Origin: Gammaproteobacteria bacterium
GTDB lineage: Bacteria; Pseudomonadota; Gammaproteobacteria; GCA-001735895
NCBI GenBank assembly: GCA_050306135.1
Contig: JBNLGQ010000112.1
Coordinates: 67,794 to 131,793 of the forward strand
Direction of reading: 5' to 3'
DNA: 64,000 bases
Shown: piece by piece, positions 8,041 to 16,148 of the stretch
Layout: each line of letters begins with the position of its first letter
Numbering within the stretch: position 1 is the stretch's first letter
Position numbers and translations under genes: made by a program
Notes under the pieces: model-generated
Told to the model about the DNA's origin: nothing
The model's input: only the letters and a program-made list of their open reading frames with translations
The model's database searches: none

Positions 8041-9374
8041 AAGATATTCCCAGATAGTTTTAATAATAAATCCTTATCAGGCATATTTTTTAGTGTATTA
8101 ACAATTAGAGCATAATTACTTGATTGAATAAGTACTGATTTTTCCTTAGATACATATCTCAAATTTGATGTCTTGTCATGAGTATTTGTAGTGGTTTCGG
8201 TTGTAAATTTAGTCTTCCAACTTTGTGCTATTTTTGAAATAAAGTCTCTACTTTTATCCTCATCACCCATATCTAATAAGAGAATAAAGAAAGAATAATC
8301 ATCAAAGTCATAATAATTTTCATCAGAGAGATTGAAAAGCTTAAGTGTCAGTGACTGATAATATGGTGGCGATTTTTTTGGATAAGTCACTTTTATACCA
8401 GTTAATGATTTTATAGCTGCTAACACCCTTGGCGGTGAATATACATCATAATGATATATATATTCTTCATCCGAAAATTCATTTTTCAGGGTCGATAGTC
8501 CAACCATCATCTGATCTGCAGTTTTAAACGTGTTGTTAACAAGGTCTTTATTCTCAGGATATAAGATAAGCATTGCAGAGTTAGATAACTCAGATAATCT
8601 ACGCGGCATAGGATCAATTCCTTGAGACTTTTTATATTTTTCTGCAATATATTTTTTTCCTAGATGATATTTAAATCGCAGTTCCTGTTTATATAACTTA
8701 GATAATTTTTTCTTAGACGTACTTTCATTATCGTTTTTTTCAGGCTTTTGTTTTGATCCTTTATCTAGAATTTCATAGCCTTCTTCACAGCCATATTCTT
8801 TACATAGCTTTTCAGTGAGATATTCAGAATTTCCTTCTAGTAGCGCGCTGAGTAATTCACTTTGACCAGGTCGATAAATGTCATCATTCATGTTGGCTGG
8901 AAATTTTTCAAAATCAGCTGCATGAACAAATTCATGAATAAATAAAGCCTCGTAAATTTGTTTAGCGACATCAGGATCTTTTAAATCATAAGAATATGCA
9001 ATTTCTAGTTCTTCAGGATTAATAAAAATTGTTTTTATATTATCTTTATACTTACCAAGAACATTTTCCGATGAAGCAGCTGAGGAAGCATCGGATAAAA
9101 GCCGTGCATAAAATGGATGATTAATCATCATTTTATATTCATCATACGCATCTTTATAGGTAAGACGTTTTAGCCGGTATTTATCGGCCAGCTCCCATCG
9201 CACATGGCTAAGATCAACTTGAAGTTCTTTTTCTACAGCATTTCTAGATAATTCGGCTGTAACCCTAAGATTTACCTTGTGTTGATATACACTTTTGAAA
9301 TCGTGAGTAGCACAAGAAGTAATTAGAAATGAAGTTAAGAATAAGATAACCCCACTAGCTTTTCTGATCTTCAT
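8028..9374 (-). CDS. lipoprotein with HExxH zinc-metallopeptidase-like motif (unknown family)
   Basis: 448 aa. Signal peptide plus lipobox (LITSC). HEFVH motif followed downstream by Glu (LLEGNSEY). K/E-rich, low-GC gene that overlaps its upstream partner by 20 nt. Confidence 0.55.
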   Translation of the reverse strand: MKIRKASGVILFLTSFLITSCATHDFKSVYQHKVNLRVTAELSRNAVEKELQVDLSHVRWELADKYRLKRLTYKDAYDEYKMMINHPFYARLLSDASSAASSENVLGKYKDNIKTIFINPEELEIAYSYDLKDPDVAKQIYEALFIHEFVHAADFEKFPANMNDDIYRPGQSELLSALLEGNSEYLTEKLCKEYGCEEGYEILDKGSKQKPEKNDNESTSKKKLSKLYKQELRFKYHLGKKYIAEKYKKSQGIDPMPRRLSELSNSAMLILYPENKDLVNNTFKTADQMMVGLSTLKNEFSDEEYIYHYDVYSPPRVLAAIKSLTGIKVTYPKKSPPYYQSLTLKLFNLSDENYYDFDDYSFFILLLDMGDEDKSRDFISKIAQSWKTKFTTETTTNTHDKTSNLRYVSKEKSVLIQSSNYALIVNTLKNMPDKDLLLKLSGNIFSSL

Positions 9375-10020
9375 TTATGTTCTTTAATTCTTCAAGGTGA
9401 GGGTTGATTGAAATCTTACCTGCTTTGATATCCCCAATAAAACCATTCAGAACAACGTCAGATAACGAGCTAGAGTCATAATTGCATAGATAACCAGTAA
9501 TTTTTGCATCTCCTTTCACATCGAATATTGATGCACCTCCAGAAACATAGTCATAAGATAGGCCAGTAAAATCTCGATATCTTCGAAAGTAGTGGCAATT
9601 GGCATCTTCCAAAGTAAATGGAACAATGGAAATATATTCTACTTTTTTAGGCATTTTATTAATAACTTTAGTTATAATTTTTTCTTTTCCTGTTGATAAA
9701 ACCCTATCTTCAAAAGATTCTTGAATTAAATCTTCAACCGTTGATTCGTTAAGAAATATATAATTATCTAAAAGGTAGGTATAGGAAACAAAGAAATCGA
9801 TGGTTCTTTTTTTATTTATCCAACGGGATGACTCGTAATAATACTGATTCTGTTTTACCTGTTTATAACCATTTACAAATTTTAAATCCAGACTATTTTT
9901 AGGTATAGATACTACTAGAGTAGTTGGTTCTTTTAGTTGACCCTCTAGTGGTACGGTTTGACATGATGCCTGTAAAATTATTGAGATTATTAAAATCAAC
10001 GAAGAAAGGGCTTTTAGCAT
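9355..10020 (-). CDS. lipoprotein of unknown function (first gene of the low-GC two-gene islet)
   Basis: 221 aa. Signal peptide plus lipobox (LQASC). No recognisable domain. Preceded by a 280 bp AT-rich leader. Confidence 0.5.
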   Translation of the reverse strand: MLKALSSLILIISIILQASCQTVPLEGQLKEPTTLVVSIPKNSLDLKFVNGYKQVKQNQYYYESSRWINKKRTIDFFVSYTYLLDNYIFLNESTVEDLIQESFEDRVLSTGKEKIITKVINKMPKKVEYISIVPFTLEDANCHYFRRYRDFTGLSYDYVSGGASIFDVKGDAKITGYLCNYDSSSLSDVVLNGFIGDIKAGKISINPHLEELKNINEDQKS

Positions 10021-10334
10021 AATATTTTGATTTATGTACTACAAAAGGGTCGCTATATTACTAAAGGCAACACTTATATATAATGAGCAATAAACGATTA
10101 TAATTGTAGGGTTCTTCCTACATAAACTAGAAATGAAGTAAGTTCCTATGTATAACAATTGATAAAAATACAAAATAAATCATTTCTAGATACAGAATAA
10201 TGTAGATTAATCGATCCAAATGTTTAAATATTCAGAAATACATCAGCAATCCGGTAAGGTGTAAACCTAAATAAAATCACCGCGCAAAGTTAATACCTTT
10301 GGGTATTTGCGATGACAGGTATAACAAAATATAT

Positions 10335-11222
10335 ATGCTACTCAACTACATAGAACCCGTATTCCGCCCTCCCAGTGAGGCTGAATCACTCATCCTGCAG
10401 GTAACAAACGGTTGCTCCTGGAACCAGTGCACCTTCTGCGATATGTACACCGATGAGCAGAAAAAATTCCGCCCAAAATCCATCGAAAACATCCGCAAGG
10501 AACTCGCTTATGTTGCATCATCAAACTACCCTCTGCGACGGGTATTCCTCGCTGACGGCGATGCAATGACCTTATCATTCCGTCGTCTGCTGGAAATTAT
10601 GCAGGCGATCAATGAATACCTGCCAGATATACAGCGTGTGTCTGCCTATTGCCTGCCCCGTAATATCAAAAATAAAACGATCGATGAATTAACGCAATTA
10701 CGCGAGCTGGGTCTGAGTCTGGTTTATGTGGGCTGCGAGACCGGTGATGATTTAATCCTGGAGAAAATCAGTAAGGGTGAAACCTGGCAAAGCTCACTTG
10801 ATGCTTTATTGAAGCTGGGTGAAGCAGGTATCAAACGCTCAGTCATGATTCTTAATGGTCTGGGAGGTACCCGATATACTGAACAGCATGCCCTGAATTC
10901 AGCGAGTTTGATGAATGAATCTCAACCAGAATATCTGGCTACTCTGGTGGTCACTTTTTATAAAGGGCCAGAGCGATTCCAACAGGGCTTTGGCGGTGAG
11001 TTTACAGCTCTCAATCAGCTGCAACTGGCAAAAGAAATGAAAATGTTGATAGAGTCCTTGTCGCTGGATAAGACCATATTCCGCAGCGATCATGCATCTA
11101 ATTATCTGATCCTTAAGGGTGTATTAAATAAAGACAGGGATAAACTCCTGGGCTTACTGGATAAGGCAATTAATCAACCGGGTTCCGTACCACTTAGACC
11201 GGAATGGCAAAGAGGTCTCTAA
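10335..11222 (+). CDS. radical SAM protein with noncanonical CX4CX2C cluster motif
   Basis: From the DNA: GTA ACA AAC GGT TGC TCC TGG AAC CAG TGC ACC TTC TGC translates to VTNGCSWNQCTFC. A glycine-rich SAM motif follows downstream. ATG start at 10335; the track's start at 10299 is a TTG. Confidence 0.65.
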   Translation: MLLNYIEPVFRPPSEAESLILQVTNGCSWNQCTFCDMYTDEQKKFRPKSIENIRKELAYVASSNYPLRRVFLADGDAMTLSFRRLLEIMQAINEYLPDIQRVSAYCLPRNIKNKTIDELTQLRELGLSLVYVGCETGDDLILEKISKGETWQSSLDALLKLGEAGIKRSVMILNGLGGTRYTEQHALNSASLMNESQPEYLATLVVTFYKGPERFQQGFGGEFTALNQLQLAKEMKMLIESLSLDKTIFRSDHASNYLILKGVLNKDRDKLLGLLDKAINQPGSVPLRPEWQRGL

Positions 11223-11229
11223 TTAACGC

Positions 11230-11871
11230 TTAGTTTCTGGCATCAACTCGTTGCTCTGAAAATCCCAGGGCTATCGCAAAGCCGATAAAGATCACTCCAG
11301 TAACCTTATTAAATACGGTTCTTGTAAAATCATTATTCAACCAGTTTCTAACCTGGCTGGCCATAACGACATACGACATAAATATTAAAAACTGCAACAT
11401 AGCAATGGCAGGATTAATGCTAACTAGTTGAGTGAGTACGGGTTGATGTATATCGATAAACTGTGGCAATAATGCAGTGATATAGATAAATGCTTTGGGG
11501 TTGGATGCGGTTACCAGAAAAGCATGACGAAACAGGTAAGAGAGTTTTCTATGCCTGGGTAAGGTTTCGTTAAGATCAAGTTTATTCACTGGCAAAAACC
11601 AGATTTTCAAACCGAGATAGAGAAGATATAAAGCCCCAGCAATTTTAAACAGATTGAATATAGTGACCGAGGTTGCCAGAATCGATCCAAGTCCAATGGC
11701 ACTGAGAATAATCAAAATCTGTAAAGCGACTACATTACCCAGTACCGCCATAACGGATCGTTTCACACCATGTTGTACACCATTATTGATACACAACAAA
11801 ATGGCTGGTCCCGGAGAGGCCATATAGAAGCCTGTAATGGTTAAAAAGATGACATATTGGTCAAATGTCAT
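11230..11871 (-). CDS. LysE/RhtB family amino-acid exporter
   Basis: 213 aa. Six-TM profile. N-terminal LTITGFYMASPGPA is typical of LysE translocators. Confidence 0.7.
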   Translation of the reverse strand: MTFDQYVIFLTITGFYMASPGPAILLCINNGVQHGVKRSVMAVLGNVVALQILIILSAIGLGSILATSVTIFNLFKIAGALYLLYLGLKIWFLPVNKLDLNETLPRHRKLSYLFRHAFLVTASNPKAFIYITALLPQFIDIHQPVLTQLVSINPAIAMLQFLIFMSYVVMASQVRNWLNNDFTRTVFNKVTGVIFIGFAIALGFSEQRVDARN

Positions 11872-11880
11872 AAAGGTCCC

Positions 11881-12972
11881 TTAATCATGTTGAAGATTGA
11901 TCGGTAAACGTCTTGCTCCCCAGTTTCCTGGAGTAGCTTCAAACACCCCACTGCAGGAAGCACCACAATATTGGCATTTTCCCGTTGCGGTAAGATTCCA
12001 GTCAGAGAGAACATACCAGTCCCGTCCAATCAACATCTCGCCGCATTGATGACAATAGCTACTCTCTCCCCTTTTGTCATGAACATTTCCGGTGTAGGCG
12101 TAATACACACCGTTTGTAATGGCTATGGAGCGTGCTCGCTCAAGAGTCTCGATGGGTGTGGATGGAATATCAAGCATTTTATAATCGGGATGAAAAGCAC
12201 TGAAGTGCATAGGTACATCCGGGCCTAGTTTTTCCACTACCCAGCGGGTCATGGCATCCAGTTCTTCTGCGGAGTCGTTTTTACCGGGAATCAATAGTGT
12301 GGTCAGCTCAAACCAGACATCGGTTTCATGCTTAAGATAGATCAGGGTATCCAGCACAGCCTGTAGATGACTACCGGTCAACTGATAATAGAAATCATCA
12401 GTGAATGCCTTGAGGTCAATATTGGCAGCATCGATATGCCGATAGAACTCTGCGCGTGGTTCAGCGCAGACATAACCCGCTGAAACTGCGACAGTTTTTA
12501 TTCCATACTGATGGCAGGCCCTGGCGACATCAATGGCATACTCGTGAAAAATGACCGGGTCGTTATAGGTAAAAGCGACCGAACGACAGCCATACTCACT
12601 GGCGCTTCTGGCGATCTGATCAGGGCTGGCAGTATTAGCCAGAGTATCTGTTTCGCGCGATTTACTGATATCCCAGTTTTGACAGAATTTACAGGATAGA
12701 TTGCAACCTGCAGTACCAAAACTCAGCACAGGAGTACCAGGCAAAAAATGATTCAGTGGTTTTTTTTCGATAGGGTCAATACAGAATCCACTGGAGCGAC
12801 CATAGCTGGTGAGTACTATCGAGTTAGCTTGATTGGCTCGCACAAAACAAAGCCCACGTTGACCTTCTCTCAATTTACAGTAGCGCGGACAGAGATCGCA
12901 CTGCACTCTTTCACTATCAATAGCGTGCCAGTATCGGGTAGAGACCGTATAGCGAGGATCGAAAGAGCTCAT
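11881..12972 (-). CDS. AmmeMemoRadiSam system radical SAM enzyme
   Basis: 363 aa. CNLSCKFCQN (CX3CX2C) plus a C-terminal Cys cluster (CHQCG...CQYCG). Divergently adjacent to the Memo-like and AMMECR1 genes. Confidence 0.8.
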   Translation of the reverse strand: MSSFDPRYTVSTRYWHAIDSERVQCDLCPRYCKLREGQRGLCFVRANQANSIVLTSYGRSSGFCIDPIEKKPLNHFLPGTPVLSFGTAGCNLSCKFCQNWDISKSRETDTLANTASPDQIARSASEYGCRSVAFTYNDPVIFHEYAIDVARACHQYGIKTVAVSAGYVCAEPRAEFYRHIDAANIDLKAFTDDFYYQLTGSHLQAVLDTLIYLKHETDVWFELTTLLIPGKNDSAEELDAMTRWVVEKLGPDVPMHFSAFHPDYKMLDIPSTPIETLERARSIAITNGVYYAYTGNVHDKRGESSYCHQCGEMLIGRDWYVLSDWNLTATGKCQYCGASCSGVFEATPGNWGARRLPINLQHD

Positions 12973-13081
12973 AGTTATAAGGTTTTAATAAGCAATGAAT
13001 AGCACTATACTTGAATGAGAGCTGATAGAAAAACATCATATTATCCAGAGCCTGTGAACTGGCCCTAATAATTCTAACAAT

Positions 13082-13891
13082 GTGGTACAGATGACTAAAT
13101 CAAAAAATATCAGAAAACCTGCTGTAGCAGGTCAGTTCTATCCAGATGATGCCAGGGAGCTTACCCGAGTATTAAAGGGTCTTTTTGCAGCTTCAAAAAC
13201 CCTTCAGGTTAGTCAGGTCAAAGCCATTATCGTACCTCATGCCGGTTATATTTACTCTGGTGAAGTTGCTGCCACTGCCTATATGACACTGATCCCGCAA
13301 ATACATAAGATCAAGCGCGTCATCCTGATAGGCCCCGCACATAGGGTTGGGTTTCATGGCATCGCGACAACCTCGGTAAGTGATTACTCCACACCACTGG
13401 GTGATGTAACGATTGATAAGTCGGCGATCAATATCATTGAATCACTTCCTCAGGTAATAACACTGGATCGCGCACATACCCATGAACACAGCCTGGAGGT
13501 TCAACTGCCTTTTCTGCAAAACCTGCTCGATGAATTTACTCTGGTTCCATTGATTGTAGGAGACTGTAACTCGCAACAGGTGTCTGAGGTACTCGAATTG
13601 CTATGGGGTGGAGAGGAAACACTGCTCGTCATCAGCTCTGATTTAAGTCACTACAATAACTACAATGATGCCTTACATCAGGACCGAAAAACCTCTCAGG
13701 CCATAATAAATCTACAACCTGAGAATATAGACTTTGATGATGCCTGTGGACGTATTCCAATCAAGGGCCTGCTGATGTGTGCAACTCGGCATAATTTAAC
13801 TCCTCTACAGGTAGACCTGAGAAATTCGGGCGATACCGCCGGTACCAGGGATAGAGTAGTCGGCTATGGTGCCTATATTTTTACTCAATGA
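13082..13891 (+). CDS. AmmeMemoRadiSam system protein B (MEMO1-like)
   Basis: 269 aa. Memo signature AGQFYP...PHAGY...GPAHR...SSDLSHY. The stop overlaps the AMMECR1 start (ATGA). Confidence 0.8.
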   Translation: MVQMTKSKNIRKPAVAGQFYPDDARELTRVLKGLFAASKTLQVSQVKAIIVPHAGYIYSGEVAATAYMTLIPQIHKIKRVILIGPAHRVGFHGIATTSVSDYSTPLGDVTIDKSAINIIESLPQVITLDRAHTHEHSLEVQLPFLQNLLDEFTLVPLIVGDCNSQQVSEVLELLWGGEETLLVISSDLSHYNNYNDALHQDRKTSQAIINLQPENIDFDDACGRIPIKGLLMCATRHNLTPLQVDLRNSGDTAGTRDRVVGYGAYIFTQ

Positions 13892-14445
13892 GCTATAGCC
13901 CTCAACAACAACTAATACTACTGGCCCTTGCCAGAGACTCGATTGCTAACGGCATACAAAGCGGCAAAGCACTTCAGATAAATCCCCTGGATTATGATGC
14001 TGAACTCCAGCTGCTAAGGGCCTCTTTTGTTACTCTTCAAAAAAACAATCAGCTCAGAGGCTGTATTGGAAATCTGCAGGCCAGCAGGTCACTGGTCGTA
14101 GACGTTTGTGAAAACGCCTATGCAGCGGCGTTTCGAGATCCAAGGTTTGACCCTGTTAAACCATCAGAACTAGATAGCCTGCAAATCAGTATTTCAGTGC
14201 TTACACCAGCAGAAGTGATGAGTTTTAAATCCGAGCAGGATTTAATCCAGCAAATAAAACCGGGCATAGATGGCCTGATACTCCAGGAGGGTTACAACAG
14301 AGGCACATTCCTGCCCGCAGTGTGGGAGCAATTACCCAAAGCTGAAGAATTTCTCCAGCATTTGAAACTCAAGGCTGGACTACCTGCCGATTACTGGTCC
14401 GAGTCCATTCAGATCAGCCGTTATGGTGCCGAAAAAATCGAGTAA
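13888..14445 (+). CDS. AmmeMemoRadiSam system protein A (AMMECR1 domain)
   Basis: 185 aa. AMMECR1 core LRGCIGN...PRF.P...FLP. Confidence 0.8.
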   Translation: MSYSPQQQLILLALARDSIANGIQSGKALQINPLDYDAELQLLRASFVTLQKNNQLRGCIGNLQASRSLVVDVCENAYAAAFRDPRFDPVKPSELDSLQISISVLTPAEVMSFKSEQDLIQQIKPGIDGLILQEGYNRGTFLPAVWEQLPKAEEFLQHLKLKAGLPADYWSESIQISRYGAEKIE

Positions 14446-14535
14446 ATAGCTCAAACAGGACTTCCAACTGTAACAGTTTGTATCAATCCGATATATATAT
14501 ATTGACGATACATTTTCATATCGTATAGTCGCGGC

Positions 14536-15096
14536 ATGGATATAAAAACTCTCTGCCTTGGCATACTGACCATGGGTGATGCCAGCGGTTATGAAATCAA
14601 GCAGGTGTTCGAAGATGCTTTCAGCCCTTTCTATGTAGCCGGTTTCGGATCTATTTACCCTGCCCTGGCAGATCTGACTCATGATGGTCATGTTACGGTC
14701 AGTAATATCGAGCAGGAGAAGCGTCCTGCAAAAAAGGTGTATCGCCTGACATCGAGTGGCCATGATGTATTTAATGCTGCATTAACCGAAACCTACCCTC
14801 ATCACCGCTTACGTTCAGATTTCCTGGTACTGATGATATTTGCTGATTTGTTATCAGCTGAGAAAATTTCTCAAATCTTCGATGAAAGACTGGCAGAAAT
14901 ACAACGCAAGATAGATGAAATTGAATCCTGCCTGAATGATGAGAATTGTAAATACGAAACACAACCCGGCGCACAATTTTGTGGTGGGTATGGACTGGCT
15001 ACCTTGACAGCTGGCAAAGATTATATCCTGCAAAATAGAGATAAATTAATTCTAGCGCTACAACATCAAAAGGAAAAAAATAGTGAAAACCTCTAA
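14536..15096 (+). CDS. PadR family transcriptional regulator
   Basis: N-terminal winged HTH (LGILTMGDASGYEIKQ...YPALADL). Overlaps the start of the RND adaptor gene. Confidence 0.7.
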   Translation: MDIKTLCLGILTMGDASGYEIKQVFEDAFSPFYVAGFGSIYPALADLTHDGHVTVSNIEQEKRPAKKVYRLTSSGHDVFNAALTETYPHHRLRSDFLVLMIFADLLSAEKISQIFDERLAEIQRKIDEIESCLNDENCKYETQPGAQFCGGYGLATLTAGKDYILQNRDKLILALQHQKEKNSENL

Positions 15097-16147
15097 CATT
15101 ATTGCAGCTGCAATCGTAGTGATCGTTACACTATGGATGCTCAGCGGTATTTTAAAAGGCGACGAAATGAAGGCCGAAGCTAAAGTTGAGCCTGTTCATA
15201 AACTGACGCGCGTTCAGGTCCAGCGCCATCAGGCGGAGCCAATGCAGCGTGAAGTCATTGTGCAGGGCCAGAGCCAGGCTAAACGCGAGGTAGTTGTCAA
15301 AGCACAGACTTACGGACAGGTGGAACAGGTGCTTGCGGATAAAGGTGCAGCAGTCAGTCGAGGTGCAGCAGTAATCAAGCTGCAGGATGATGCGCGCGCC
15401 CTGCAATTACAGGAGGCTCGCTCTTTAGTGGCTCAACGTAATCTGGAATACGATGCTGCCAGAAAACTGAAAATCAAAAATCTGCAGACTGACAGGCAGG
15501 TTGCCGAAGCAATGACACTTTTGAACAGTGCCAAAACTCAGTTAAAAAATGCCGAATTGAACATTCAGCGACAGAATCTGACAGCACCCTTCGCTGGTCT
15601 GATTCAGGCACGTTATGCAGAAGTGGGGGATTATCTTCAGGTGGGTGATCCCGCTTACACATTAATTAACCTCGATCCATTAGTGCTAAGTGGCGATGTT
15701 TCTGAAAACGAAGTTGACCGTCTTAAACCTGGTCAAACTGCCAATATAGAGCTCAGTAATGGCGTAAAAATGACAGGTAAACTTAGCTTTATTGCGCCAA
15801 TGGCGGATAGCGATACCCGGACTTACTCAATAGAGCTTGAGGCTTCGAATTCTGATCTTAAACAACGCGCAGGTATGAGTGCCACCATTCGTATACCTTT
15901 AGATACTATGCCCGCACATAAAGTATCCCCAGCATTACTATCGCTTAATGATGAAGGGGTTATGGGCTTAAAGATTGTTGATAATGAAAGTATTGTTCGT
16001 TTCTATGCAGTCGAACTTCTAAAATCCGAGCGTGATGGTTTATGGCTAGGTGGTCTGCCGGAGCGTATAGACCTAATCACGGTCGGGCAGGGATTTGTAC
16101 GCGATGGCGATAAGGTGGAGATCGCACGCGAAAAGGAAGCCAACTGA
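15083..16147 (+). CDS. RND efflux pump periplasmic adaptor (membrane fusion protein)
   Basis: 354 aa. N-terminal TM segment, coiled-coil hairpin, and beta-barrel segments typical of HlyD/AcrA-family adaptors. Confidence 0.75.
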   Translation: MKTSNIIAAAIVVIVTLWMLSGILKGDEMKAEAKVEPVHKLTRVQVQRHQAEPMQREVIVQGQSQAKREVVVKAQTYGQVEQVLADKGAAVSRGAAVIKLQDDARALQLQEARSLVAQRNLEYDAARKLKIKNLQTDRQVAEAMTLLNSAKTQLKNAELNIQRQNLTAPFAGLIQARYAEVGDYLQVGDPAYTLINLDPLVLSGDVSENEVDRLKPGQTANIELSNGVKMTGKLSFIAPMADSDTRTYSIELEASNSDLKQRAGMSATIRIPLDTMPAHKVSPALLSLNDEGVMGLKIVDNESIVRFYAVELLKSERDGLWLGGLPERIDLITVGQGFVRDGDKVEIAREKEAN

Positions 16148-16148
16148 G

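Noticed and set aside
14446-14535. Possible PadR operator palindrome upstream of padR (cgatacattttcatatcgtat)
   Set aside because: Only imperfect symmetry. Insufficient to call.
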